Source of the DNA: Schizochytrium sp. TIO01
Taxonomy: Eukaryota; Protista; Bigyra: Labyrinthulomycetes
Direction: 5' to 3'
DNA: 64,000 nucleotides
Assembly (NCBI GenBank): GCA_004764695.1
Contig: SMSO01000035.1
Location: 2,542,001-2,606,000, forward strand
Shown here: piece by piece, positions 46,774 to 60,344 of the stretch
Layout of the letters: each line of letters begins with the position of its first letter
Position numbering within the stretch: position 1 is the stretch's first letter
The notes under the pieces: model-generated
Told to the model about the DNA's origin: nothing
The model's database searches: none
Seen by the model: the letters and a program-made list of their open reading frames with translations, nothing else
Made by a program: the position numbers and the translations under genes

Positions 46774-48891
46774 ATGCGACGTGCAAAGGGAATGCAGTCG
46801 TTATTAGAGATAAAAGCACCCCGTTTCTTACTGATAGTTTTGGCACTTGTAGCAAGCTTTGGTGAGGCAAATGCAGCACGGCCTCGCAATGTGGTCTTCT
46901 ACCTTGCAGACGATCTTGGAATTGGCATTGTAAACCAGCATGCACCGGAATGGAGTATCTTTGGCAACACCACGGTTATGGAGGGAATTCCAGTACCGAG
47001 ACGAATCCATACACCGACACTAGAGAAACTAGCATCTGAAGGCAAGCGTATGTTTCGATCGTATGTCTCAAGCTCCGTTTGCGCGCCTTCAAGGCACTCG
47101 CTACTAACTGGTGTACAAGCAGGTGTGGCGCCAATTCGCGGCAATGGATTTGGACCAGACAGTTCTACTGATGCAGACCTTGACCCCAACCGTACAACAA
47201 TTGGAGAGGTACTAAATGCAGCTGGATATCGCACAGGTGCTGTTGGCAAATGGGGTGTAGCTACAAACTCCACATCGTCCGGAAGTGCCTGCAAGCGCGG
47301 CTTTGAATACTTTTATGGAAAGTATACGCACAAAAGCATGGGAAACGCATTCCCTGCAGAGTTGTACAGTTGTACCTCTGATGACCCAGATAACGTAACG
47401 ACTCATCTGTTCCCAGAAAATGACGATGCTTCTGAAAGTTATTGTGTGGTAGCAAATGAAACTTTGACGCCGTCACCCTGCACGCATTTTGATGTGGCTG
47501 TGCGAGATGCTGCTTTATCATTTATTCGCCAAGTTGAAGAAGATACTAGACCCTTCTTTCTCTACTGGGCAACTTACGCAGGGCACACAGCATTGTATGA
47601 GCAAGAAAACAAGTTTGCCAATTGCGAAGACAAAACATACCCTGTAACGTCTTATGGTCGGTACACGGAAGAGTTAGTTTCAGAAACTGGTCGCTGCTCA
47701 AGTACAATTCGTGGTCTCATGGCTACAGCTGAGTACATCATGGATAAGGATCTTCAGCTCTTGCTTGCAACATTAGAGGAAGTTGGAGCAGATGAGAACA
47801 CAATGATTATCTTTGCTACAGACAACGGGCCTGGAAATGGCGCTTTTATGGACTCCGAATACGACCCCGATCGTGACCTCACAGCCTCAGGAGGTCTCAT
47901 TGGTGTCAAACGTCGCGTCCATGAAGGTGGCGTACGCAGTCCAACGATTGTTTGGTATCCTAAGAAGGTACCTGCAGGTACTCATTCCTACTTTCCTATC
48001 ATGCATTATGATTGGGCTTTGACCATTGCAGGCGCTGTTGGTATTTCAAGTGATAGCTCCTCTTTGGACTTGCTTAAGACCGACGGAGCTGGTGGTGTCG
48101 ATCTCTCAGATCTTTTATTTGCAGATGATGATAGCGGTGTTTCCAGTGAAACCAGACCATTTGCATACAGTGAAGTCTGTTTCGAATCTGCTGGTACCAA
48201 CTCAGCGAAGAAGGTGTGTCCACGTTATTGGGTGAGCGACATTGGTTGCGCGTTTGCGTATTATGACATGTCGAACTGGCCCAGTTCTATGTACAAATTG
48301 TTGCGACCTCAACCTCTTTATGATTTGGAGCTGTACGACATTGTTGCTGATCCGTTTGAGACTAATAATCTGGCACCAACTATGCAATCAACTGTAAATG
48401 CTTTGATGGCCGCTCGTGACGAAATACGTACACCATATTGCAGTGTGGAATCTGGTTATGATACCGAATGCTGGCCTGATCCATGCATGATCAATAGTAA
48501 AAAGAAGACTTGTAATGCGGACTCAAACTGCACGTGGTCAAGTAAGGAGTGTTTGACAGCAAACTGCACAGACCTTAGCACACGTAAGTCTGCTTGTGAA
48601 GAGCGCTCGGACTGCTACTATCAGTCTTTGCAGCGCTTGAAAACAGACCGCTGCATCGACTTGCAAGATACAATTGAAGAAACATATGAATATGCCTGCT
48701 CAAATGACCGAGTGACCTCAAAGAACATGTGCAAGAAGAACAAAATCTGTAGCTATTCGAAGTCATCTGGATGCGATTTGAGTACATGTAAAAGTGATTC
48801 CCACAAAAAGTCCGTTTGCAAAGCCCGCGAAGACTGTGTGTGGAATTCAAGTGCGAAGAGGAGCGAGAGATGTGAAGATGCAGCAGAGTAG
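46774..48891 (+). CDS. Secreted S1 sulfatase with C-terminal four-repeat Cys-rich domain (tandem copy 3)
   Basis: Colinear paralogue; signal peptide ending ANA, CAPSRHSLLTG, GKWG, TDNG, GVKR; alternative start at ATG 46792. Confidence 0.93.
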   Translation: MRRAKGMQSLLEIKAPRFLLIVLALVASFGEANAARPRNVVFYLADDLGIGIVNQHAPEWSIFGNTTVMEGIPVPRRIHTPTLEKLASEGKRMFRSYVSSSVCAPSRHSLLTGVQAGVAPIRGNGFGPDSSTDADLDPNRTTIGEVLNAAGYRTGAVGKWGVATNSTSSGSACKRGFEYFYGKYTHKSMGNAFPAELYSCTSDDPDNVTTHLFPENDDASESYCVVANETLTPSPCTHFDVAVRDAALSFIRQVEEDTRPFFLYWATYAGHTALYEQENKFANCEDKTYPVTSYGRYTEELVSETGRCSSTIRGLMATAEYIMDKDLQLLLATLEEVGADENTMIIFATDNGPGNGAFMDSEYDPDRDLTASGGLIGVKRRVHEGGVRSPTIVWYPKKVPAGTHSYFPIMHYDWALTIAGAVGISSDSSSLDLLKTDGAGGVDLSDLLFADDDSGVSSETRPFAYSEVCFESAGTNSAKKVCPRYWVSDIGCAFAYYDMSNWPSSMYKLLRPQPLYDLELYDIVADPFETNNLAPTMQSTVNALMAARDEIRTPYCSVESGYDTECWPDPCMINSKKKTCNADSNCTWSSKECLTANCTDLSTRKSACEERSDCYYQSLQRLKTDRCIDLQDTIEETYEYACSNDRVTSKNMCKKNKICSYSKSSGCDLSTCKSDSHKKSVCKAREDCVWNSSAKRSERCEDAAE

Positions 48892-51867
48892 TTGCGTGAG
48901 CTTGTTTAGCTTGGCCCGTAACCACCTTAAAACCACAGCACCACCTTCTAGCTTAAAATCGATGGTTCTCACGGTTTCAGTTCTGCTCAATATTAGTTTT
49001 ACACCTGTGTGCGTGTTCATTTATGTCATTCTCTAGATGGCACAATACGCTTTGTACGACGTGAAGTCAGTGCAAACCATGGGAAGTCGGGATCTTGAAT
49101 AACACACGAAACAATGTCATCCTAGCGCCAATCTGAATTTCGTTTTCAGCATACCTATCTAGAGCTATACAAAGCAGTTAGCGATTATCAAGCATGTCTC
49201 TCTCACATTTCTCAGCAAGAATTTTGCTTTCTGTTTCTCAATCGGTTATTAAGAATATGGATTTATACTTCGTAGTTGTCATCATAAGTGATAGTCACAT
49301 TAAATTATAAGTTTGTACTTGGACTTGTCATCATGCTCTTATAAATTATGAAACTCGCGAGACAAAGTTGGGGGAACGGGAAGAATGACGTAAAATAATT
49401 TCGTAAAGTGTGTGACTCTAGTAATGTGAATAAGTAGGAACATGGAAGATCATCCGAGCACAGAGATCTACCCCTTTTAGTATGTGCCAGGTACTACTTA
49501 GCTAGTAGAGTAACAATCAATGCTACTCGCGAAATCCCAGAGGTGCTTTATATATTTCCCAGTAGAATTGCCTAAGTGTGCCTACTGTTACTGTTATAGC
49601 TAGCAGTGATCATGTCTTGATTTCTGCCAGCTGCAAAAAAGCAGAGCTTGCAATCAGGCTGGCGGTGCATCTTCATGGTGATCATGATGAAATCAGTCCA
49701 AGCCCACATATGATTGACGGGAGCCCAGTCCAGTCTGACTTTCTGTTGTTCCTCTCACCGCGACGCCGCTGTAGCCCCGTTGCGGACTTTGGAGTCATTT
49801 TATAAAATGCGCCTCCTCCTCATCGACGCAGCACTCAAAAGAGGAACGTTGAATTGCAATGCTCAGTATCAAATACTACGACTACGTAGCAAAGAATGAA
49901 ACCTTCAACGTCAGCTTGCTAGGGTGGCCATGGCCCCTACATAGTTGGTGAGGACTCGTGAACGAGCTCCAGCGAGCTCCACGAGACCCGAATTCCACGC
50001 CCCAGGGTCCACACAGAGGTGCAATTTTGGTGTCTTGGGCCAGCCTCATTGTACAACTTCAATGTGAACGTTGGAACTCCCAGCAAGTGGTGATTTTGAG
50101 CCCCATGATTTTTGCTTTCTTCATCAAGACAAATACATGGCTTGCGAGCTGCCACGAGGCTAAACTTTTCGCCTCCAAGTTCGCAGCAACCGGAAGGCAC
50201 CTCGTCGCCGATTCTAAATAGAATGCAACTTCGTGACGGCCCTTTGTGTTCTAAAACTTCACGAGTCCTGTCCAACTTGAAGGTACTTCATTCATACTCT
50301 CACGAGCCCGTGTCACCCCCTGGCAATGGGATTTTCCACCAATGCCTGCCTAGCAGCAATCTCTTCATCCCTTTAGCTTCGGGCTTGACGTTATTTTGCA
50401 CCTCTGGGTCTTGACCGCCAGCAGCGTTGCCGTGCAAATTTGGCATTTTGCGCGGCTGTTTTGGGTTACTCACTCGCCTCCATCGCCGCGACTCCGCGTC
50501 GAGCTGGAGCAGGCAGCCCTCTTCGACTTCGAGTTCTTCGCCGCTGGCAGAGAGTGCAGGAGTTCTGGTGCTCGATTTGCTGCTTACCGGTAATCCGGAG
50601 ATCCAGGTCAGTCGATAATACCTTTTACAATTGTAACTTCGCCTGCCGTAGTCCTTCGCCCAAGGCGGCTAAGAGGGAAGCACAACCGACAACAGCAGGG
50701 AGGGAGGGAGGCTGACTGCGAGCTGGCTGCCGAGCCGCTCCATATCGCCAGCCACGCCCACTCGACGGCGAAAGCAGAACTACTGCAGGCCCGGCCTCAG
50801 CTCTCGCGAGTCCACGTCTTTCCAAAGCGATGTCTGCGCATCGATCTCCAAAGCCTTCGCCAGCGCAGCGCTGTCTCCTCCACAAGCCGCCTGCGCTCCT
50901 AAGGGGGAGGCCCTTTTAATCCGCACGATAGCGTTTACCGTACCTAGCCCCTACGCCTCTTTCGTACGAGGCAGGAGCGCAGTAGTCAGCCTGTTATTGG
51001 CCACGAATCGATCGAGTGAGTGAGTGAAGCTTTCCGAGCAGAATGCTGACCCATGCATGATAGCCATGAACATCTCGAGGAGGCCTTCGATGCGGTTTCA
51101 ACAATCATCCCGAAGAGCTTCGCATTTCCATCAACGGGGGCAACAGCCTCCTCCTCCCTTGAAGTTCTTCGAGCTCAGTCGTTCCCATCGAAGTCTCTCT
51201 CTCGTTTTCATCATCGGTTCCGCAAACGTTCCGCAGCTGTGAGTGATCGGCGGTCTCACCCGTAAGGAAGCAGCGAGAGGATCGTTAGTTCATGGCTACG
51301 GTAAACACTAGCCTTGCCAAAGCAAAGCAGAGCTCTGAAGAAAACCAGAAGACCGAGGGATTTCACAGCACAGACGCTGCTGCCTCGCATAAAAGGGGCC
51401 CAGGCCGTCCTCTGCCTTCGAGGAGGCCAACGTTTGCTGCGAGACGCGACTCCATCGCCTCAAGACTCACAAGCAATCTGCTGTTTTCCACGCGCAAAGC
51501 ACGCGGCTAACAGCGCCAGCGCCAGATTCCTATCTATTGGTAGCCGACTCCTACGCGCTCCCATCAGGCCCTCCGCCCGTTGTAGCGTTCCCCCCCAGCT
51601 ATTTCCATGAAACCCTTACATGGGTATATAGCATCAAAGCAACACGAAGGTCCGTGTAATATGCAGTTGGAGACCCCCCAGCTGCGCGACGGTTGCAAGC
51701 TAGGCGAAAAGAAGCAAACCGACGGCCCTCACAGCCCCACTGGGGAGGAACCTCCTGCTTATTTGGGTGTAAATTCCTTTTAAGATGCGCAAGTTTTTCG
51801 GATAATGCTTTGCAGATGAAAGCTCAATCAAACAATCACAGGCGCAACAAACCGCAATCGCAACAAG

Positions 51868-52555
51868 GTACGTGCATCACGCTCTATCGGTGCCGCGGCT
51901 CCTCGCTTCGAGCTTGCCGCCGGCGCGTTCGGGAAGACCTTCCAGGCGGAGACCAGCGACGCTGCTCGAGAGAGGATTGTCCGCAGGCCATGGGGCAGGG
52001 ATGGGGCTGCGCCATGAAGAGCTTGGCTGCAAGTAAACAAGGTGACTGGATGCCTCGCCTATCCGTCTGTGTATCTTGTTGAAACGAAAGCATCAGCTGC
52101 AAACTACGCAAGCAGTGCAATGGACGGCTAGATACATGGCTGGCCATTTGGCCAGCATACCTAGCTGCGAAGCTGCAAACAGACTCTTCGTGCCTGATAG
52201 ATAATCCAAATGAAAGCTGGAATGGATGGGCCTGCCACCTGTCTGGCGGTTGCAACGTTTTAGACGTTGGTGCTCCACATATTATTATGCAATATGGGGA
52301 AACCATTCCACATAGAGTTTATGGTAGATAGTTGTAGGGGTTCCTATTACTAGTGCCAATTAGATAGGAAAAACAGAGAAGTTTGGGGCGCCAAGTCAAT
52401 TGCAGGAGCAAGTGTGTGTTGGCAGAATAAGAAGAGGCTGTCTGAAGAGTGAATCAACTAGGATAAAGCACTTGAATGTCTTGTGCGTTGGAAAATGTGA
52501 ATTTGGTTGGCTGACTTTCGTTGAACTTGTCATGTTTTTTATTTGCAACTTACAG
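51868..52555 (+). other. Probable 5'-UTR intron of beta-tubulin (688 bp; alternative acceptor at 52580)
   Basis: CA-rich leader ending CAAG|GTACGT; branch-like GCTGAC at about 52510; T tract and TTACAG| acceptor 54 nt before the ATG. Confidence 0.6.
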
Positions 52556-52588
52556 AAATTTTGAAGCTTATTCGCCACAGAAGCGTAA

Positions 52589-53941
<1,353 letters not shown>

Positions 53942-55039
53942 GCGAAAGAATCCATTGCACCATATAACGCAAGTTAACTCCACACATTAAATTACTACAC
54001 ATTATGAAGGGAAACATTGTGTCCCACGATGGACCTTTCAATTGCAATGCAATATTGTAAACCTTTTTTGGCTCAAATGAAATTGTTGTTTTTTTTTTCA
54101 GTTCCTTCTTCGTTTTGTTCGCGTTATAGTTGTTGCTTGCTTGCCTGCTTGTGCTTATCTTTTTCCATGCAAAGATTCCCCACCATTTTCGAAGTCGGGT
54201 ATTTATATGTTTCGATATGAAGATTGTAGGTGTTGTTTTAATCACAGCGTTTCGCTTGGAAGAGGCTATTTCGGGGTTGCAAAACACCAGGAATCCTGAG
54301 AGTTCTCTGCAATTGTTTTGTATATGAGGTTATGAGTAGAGACTTGGAATCGTTCATTCATATATTTGTCTCTCTTGCCGTGTGGATGGTTTTGTCTTTA
54401 ATATGGCGCTCTGAGTCGACAGTTCAGGAACACTGCTCCTTGCTTCAGATGTCAAGTGCCACTGCTCAGCACGAAATGTGGCGTACTTACCCATCAGAAC
54501 TAATGAAGTCAAATTTGTGCAAGTGAAATAGAAGTCTCTACTTCCCTCATCTCTGTAGTAGTAGTGATGTTAGTATTACTGACTAGTAATGATTGTCAGC
54601 GAGGAAAGTATCGGTGTCAGAGCAAAAGGAAGGGGAAAGTTGACTTGTTTCCGACAGAATATAAAAGCGAAAAGAACGAAAGAACAAACACGTACGTTTT
54701 TTGTATGCTCGTCGCAATTAGTTCGAGGTGGTCGTAGAATGGACGATCAATGGCTAGCAAGCAGGGACTTCAAGGAATTAGTTGTTTGCACACTCTCAAC
54801 ATTTACACTATTCATTTTTGATGATGACTGGCAGATTTCTTAAAGAGAGTCATAAAATTTAGGTCACTTGTTAATCTATTCTACAGGAGCTTGTGCTACG
54901 CCAGATGAGCGAGTCTGCGAAGCTAGATGAGAGATGTTTAAATGCGCTGTATTGTTTGTTCAATGCCCTTGAACAGAAGGAGGCTATATGTTCTGCTGAT
55001 AGTTAAAGTATTGATATGTGGGGCTGGGGAAAAGTCTAC

Positions 55040-55282
55040 TCATGCCTTCTTGCATTGGAACTCGCATGCAAGCACATCAAACTCTGGGTTGGTGGTACCT
55101 TCGTCTGTGCACGCGTTAAGGCAGTCAAGCCAAGCCTCGCTGCTGAAGTCCGTGGCAGACATGGTTTTGCGTGCACGCATGACTCTCGGCATGGACTCAC
55201 TACGAAGATGAGCTGCCTCGGCATTAAAGAGGCAAGCAGCCAGAAAGACAGTGAAAGCCAACAAGATGTTTTGGAGCTGCAT
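55040..55282 (-). CDS. 80-aa secreted prepropeptide with twin CX3C motif
   Basis: ATG at 55282 in A-rich context; signal peptide MQLQNILLAFTVFLAACLFNAEA; basic pro-region ending RARK; acidic C-terminal domain with CLNAC-x14-CEFQC. Confidence 0.72.
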   Translation of the reverse strand: MQLQNILLAFTVFLAACLFNAEAAHLRSESMPRVMRARKTMSATDFSSEAWLDCLNACTDEGTTNPEFDVLACEFQCKKA

Positions 55283-58200
55283 GATTCTTGATTTGATATT
55301 TGAATTCTCGTACGATACCAAGGTGTTGCTGGCTAGGAGTGTCCTCAAATTCTGCTCGTTTAGAAGCTGGTCTCGAGCACGTAAAAGGGCGCAAGCTCGA
55401 TAGATAGATTTCTAATCCAAAAGGTTTGATTGCAAGCTAGCAAACAACTTGATGTGCAAGAAGACGAGAGTGAACGTCTGAGCGATCGCAAGCAGACCAC
55501 ACGCCTTGAAGAACTCAGTTGCCTAGCCAGGAAGGGAGCTGCCCGCACGCAATGGACGAAGAGAAGAGTCTTAGAAGGCAAGCTTTTGAAAAACGAAGCC
55601 AACTAGTTCCAAAGGACGAGTCTCAACGAGTGTTTGCGAGTACGCAGGGGCCTCTGTTTGAGTTTGGGGTTTGCTTGCACAGCACTTGGGCTTGGCGACA
55701 GCAATTGGTTGGTAGATCTTTTGTTGACGGATAGTTGCCTAACGAATTGGGTGTTTGCAAGGTCAACTAATCAAATAATCCCCACGAGGTTTCTTTTTCT
55801 CTTTCTTTCTTCCTCTCTAGCTAGGCATTTTCCTTTAGGAAATTCTCAATGTTTCTCTACCTAGCGGTATCAGTATGGTTACTTCCCTTCTCCGCTTAAA
55901 AAAAAAAATAAAATGAATAAAACACTTTCTCACTCTCTGAGAACTTGAAAGTGAAATGGAAAAGAGAAACTTTCGTCTCCGAGCCTTCTGACTTAGTCTC
56001 CGCTAGAAAGATGCACATTAGCTGTGCAGACACCTCAAAGCACGCCTCCTAAACCTTGGACTTTGATGCCTGAATGCAAAGTGCTTTGCTTATTTGTTGG
56101 TCTGTTTGTTTGTTTGTTGGTTGGTTGGTTGGTTCAGGTTGTTTATTTTCTATTGTTGGCCAAGTCGTACATAGTTGTTCTTATTGAACGCAATGATCAA
56201 AGTTTCATACCTAAACAGAGACGGTGATCATTTTAGTTTAATATTGCTATCTAAAAATCTTTGTTTTCTTCAAAACAAATTAAAATAACAAACAAGGAAT
56301 AACTTCTACTTTTTCCTTTTTTTAGTTTCTTCAAAAAGGTAGGCGTCCTCATTGAACTCTCGTGAAGGCAGCCTCAGAGCCACAGTGAAGCGGCGACTTC
56401 TGACGAATCATTCTGCGGTGCTGCATTCAATTTCTGCAGAAGAACCCAACATCGCGAGGCTGAGCCCGGCTTCCATCGAGGCGGAGCTCTGTTTGCATCG
56501 AAGGAGACCCCGCAAAGAAAGAGAATCAAAGCCGCGATCTTTGGCCATTTCAATTTCAATGGGACTCCGTGCTAGAGGCTACCTCCCTTAAACTCTACTG
56601 CAGGTGCGGGAGCCGCGTTTTCTGCGACTGTGAGCTTGAACTTCGAAATGAAAATAATTTTTAAGAAATTTTTAATTCAAAAAAAGAAAAAAAGAAAAAG
56701 GAAAAAGGAAAAGGGACTTTCGTTTCGTCTCTTCACGGATATTAAAAAAAGGAATGCAGAAGTTGGCACCAGATACTTCATTAGCTCATCGCCTGTCTCA
56801 ATCCTGCAGCACCGGCCAAAGCAAAGCAGCGCCACTCCCGCTCCCACATCGCCCCCGTCCTCGCCCCGACAGGCTTCTTTGTCGGCCTCGATGGTCAAAC
56901 TGAGCGACCAAGCTTGATCGAAATCGATCTCCAACGAATCAGTTGCAAAGCGGTGGGTCTTTCTTTCAACAGGCAGGTCGACCAGGGCGGCGGCTCCTCT
57001 TATGGTTAACACTAGGACTAGGTAGCAGTAGTAAAGGTAAAGCAGGGCGTAGGAAAAATCAGTGCTATTTCTTTGTTGCTTTATTTCTTCGTTGCTTTTT
57101 TTCTTCTTTTTTTTCTGTCTTCCTTTCTTTGATCTCTGTTTGCTAATTTGCTTATTTATCGACGGGTTATCGACGGCTTCTGCATCGATTTGTGCGCAGG
57201 AATGGCAATACGGATGGATGTACCTAGATCATCACGTCAGAACTTGGAATTCGAATTCGCTCGTTGCATTTTGGCGAAGAAGGGATGGAGCTTTGTCCAA
57301 GAGAATGGTGGAACAGGAGGTGCCCAAATGTTACCCTCGTAGAAAAACAAGTTACGCTCGAGTTTGATTGATGCCTTGGCATTTATTTATTCATCCGAGT
57401 CCTCTTCCCTATCTTTTTATTTCAAAACAGGAACTATTCGCCAAACAGCGTTGAATAGCGGCTCTTGTTTGTTTTAATTCGCCAGGCCTACTCTAGGTTA
57501 TCTACTTCTATGCCAGCCGAAAGTCTTACTTATGGTAATCAATTCATACATAATACCTTTTATTGGAACCTCTTTTAACTTTCTTAAAAAAAATATATAT
57601 ATTTTTTTTTTTTATGTTTTGGAAATGGATAGATTGGATAGATAGAGCGAAAATAGAGTGTTTCTATGACTGATGAGAGGGTGAATTGGAAAGCTTAAGT
57701 TAGTGTGGGTAGTGAAGAGCGATCGGAGGCGGGGTGAAAAAACTCCTAATCGCATCTACGGCAAAGGCGTAGGAGAGGTCCGGTACGCACAGACTTGAGC
57801 CCGAATTTAAATCCTGTTTTATCTAATTTTAATGCCTTTCAATAAGAATATGTACACATGTATATATGTATATATGTATACATACATCTCTGAGAAGGAG
57901 TAGAAAAGGAAAGAGTGTCTGATATAATTACAAAAAGACAAGAAACGAGCGCATGCCTGAGCCCTCGCTCCCATTGGAGAGATGAGGCGCGTGGACAGTT
58001 TGGGCATCTGAACGGAATAAGTTGGCATGCGCAGCGTGCGGAGATTGCGGAGGTCAGGCGGAGAGACCTCTTTGCACAAGCCAGTGAAGGAAAGTTAAGA
58101 GCCTCCCGAACCTGGCTTGGCTCTGCAAGAAGACCAAGGCAAGTCGAGTTGCGAAGTTTAAGCGGGCTGACTGTCAAGATCAAGAAGAGTCAGGAAATCA

Positions 58201-58372
58201 AAAGACTGTATGCAAAGGGGAAAAGAGCGTAGTTCAAGTCCTTCGGAGATGATAGAGCCTTCTTCGTTGCGTCGACTTCGAAGTGGCAATAGCCAGACGC
58301 CTTCTTGCTAAGGCGTCCACCATAATGACACGTTTCCTTCTCCAAGTTTTGTGTATAATTCAGTTTTAAACA

Positions 58373-58389
58373 TTGATTGATTGATTGAC

Positions 58390-58438
<49 letters not shown>

Positions 58439-58467
58439 CCTTCATTCATTCATTCATTCATTCATTG
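58373..58467. repeat. (GATT)n to (CATT)n compound microsatellite
   Basis: Directly visible. Confidence 0.95.
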
Positions 58468-60317
58468 ACACGTACCTTTAATCAATCAACCAAACTCGTA
58501 AATATATTCAAAACACCTCGCACAAACAACTTGACGAAGCTATCGTGCGTCCATCTGTTCGGCATTCTATTAGGTTGCCTGATTCCTGCAAGTATTAGGA
58601 CAGGTTTTCGCCAACTGCGATACAAAGAAGCATGAAATCCCTTTTCAAATTAAAAAATAAATACATATATATTAACAGAACTAACTCTTTGAGCTGTCTT
58701 TAGCATAGGTTCCATGAGGGGAGATCTAGCACGTGCAGGAGATCGCAACGAAAACTACCATCGGGCACCTGTAAAAGAGAAGCCCGCCGAGATGCATCTG
58801 GGTTTGGCTCTTCTCAAAGAAGCGAATGCCGCCAGAAGGTTTGCAAGTCATCAGGATGACATGATGTTTGGTTGAAAGGGTGATGAACAATAGTCCTCCC
58901 AAAAGCATGTCTGCCAGCAAAGGTCCGTCTATCCATTCATCCACTCATGTCCATCCATTTCTTGTACTCCATCAGTGCTACGATTAAATTAATTACCTAG
59001 ACACCCTGACGGCTCAAGATGGGCAATTCGGTCTACACCCACTCGCTCGATTCACGCGCCAGCCCATCAGGGAGAACCGACTTGTGCAAAATTAACTCGC
59101 TGGACATTCAAGGTTGCTGTGTACCTAGTCACCTCTATGAAGGCCGTGCTGCATCCTAAATGGCATACGCCCCTTTTTGATCAGGAGAGCGCGCCACAAC
59201 GATCTTACTCATCCACCTGCGGCAAGTTTCGACTGTTCTGCGGCTGCTACCAATCTTCCGGTGGACCATCGCTCGCTCGTAAGCATTCATGCATCTATCC
59301 ATCCAAGTTAATTTCGAACTGAGTTTGCAACTCGTGGTGATCTTGAAGTTGATCATGAGGATCGTTCTGTGAAACTTAGGCTTGTACAAAGAAAGTGAAA
59401 AGTACGCGCTGAAAAGGCGGTCCAATGAGTTTGCACACACGTGAAAAGTAGGAAATTGAACGTAAGAAAACACCGCAGTGCACCTGGACTCACGCTCGCA
59501 ATCTTAGAGCACGGTAGCCCGGAGCAGAACCAGACCCGCCAAAGAGCCCTGGCTGGAACAAGACTCGTGCCACATCAAGGAGCAGGAGCTCCAGCTCCTT
59601 GAGACGTCCGAATTACTTCTTCGGATTGACCAGGGGACATATGGCGGAGTTTTTAACATGTTTGTTAACTACTTCAGTTCATTTAAATTCATTTATTTGA
59701 GAGGGCCACTACTCCTCCTACTGGGAGTAGGCTAGCGAGCTGAGTTTTATGAACAACTTGAAATTAAACTCATTTGTTACCCACTCGTAATGAGAGTGCT
59801 AGTCAGGGTTTCTTTTTCTTTTCTTTCTTTCGTTCAAATTCATCCAAACTGCCGCTGGCGCTTTCCCTTTTCCATTCCTTTTACCCTTTCTATAAAATAA
59901 CTTAAAGAAGGCTTCCAAGTTCTGGACTTTAAAATTAAAATAACCTGGGATTTTTTTTCTTATTAACTATTCTTTTAAAATTAAAACTATAACTTGTTTT
60001 AATTTCAACCTCATGCTCGAAAGATACTAAAACTTGAAAGGCATAGCATTCTGTGATTCAATGACATCTTTAAGGTCTCCAGAACTGAAAACTGCAGCTG
60101 AAGTCCTACGAAGACGGCCGACCACATTTTGACCATTTCAGAGACACTGAAAAATGCAGACAGAGCATACACATATAGACAGGTACGCGAAAGTTAGCAC
60201 TTACGGAAAGTTAGCCCTTACGGTTTGATTCATGAAAGTTGGAGTCCATCAGCGAAAAAAGACACTGGTAACAATAACGCTAGGCACGCCATAGGCCTGC
60301 CTCAGAGAGCATGCTAC

Positions 60318-60344
60318 CTATCTATCTATCTATCTATCTATCTA
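60318..60344. repeat. (ATCT)n microsatellite
   Basis: Directly visible. Confidence 0.9.

Noticed and set aside
60189-60223. 17-bp direct duplication GAAAGTTAGC(A/C)CTTACG x2
   Set aside because: Simple local tandem duplication without spacers; not CRISPR-like.
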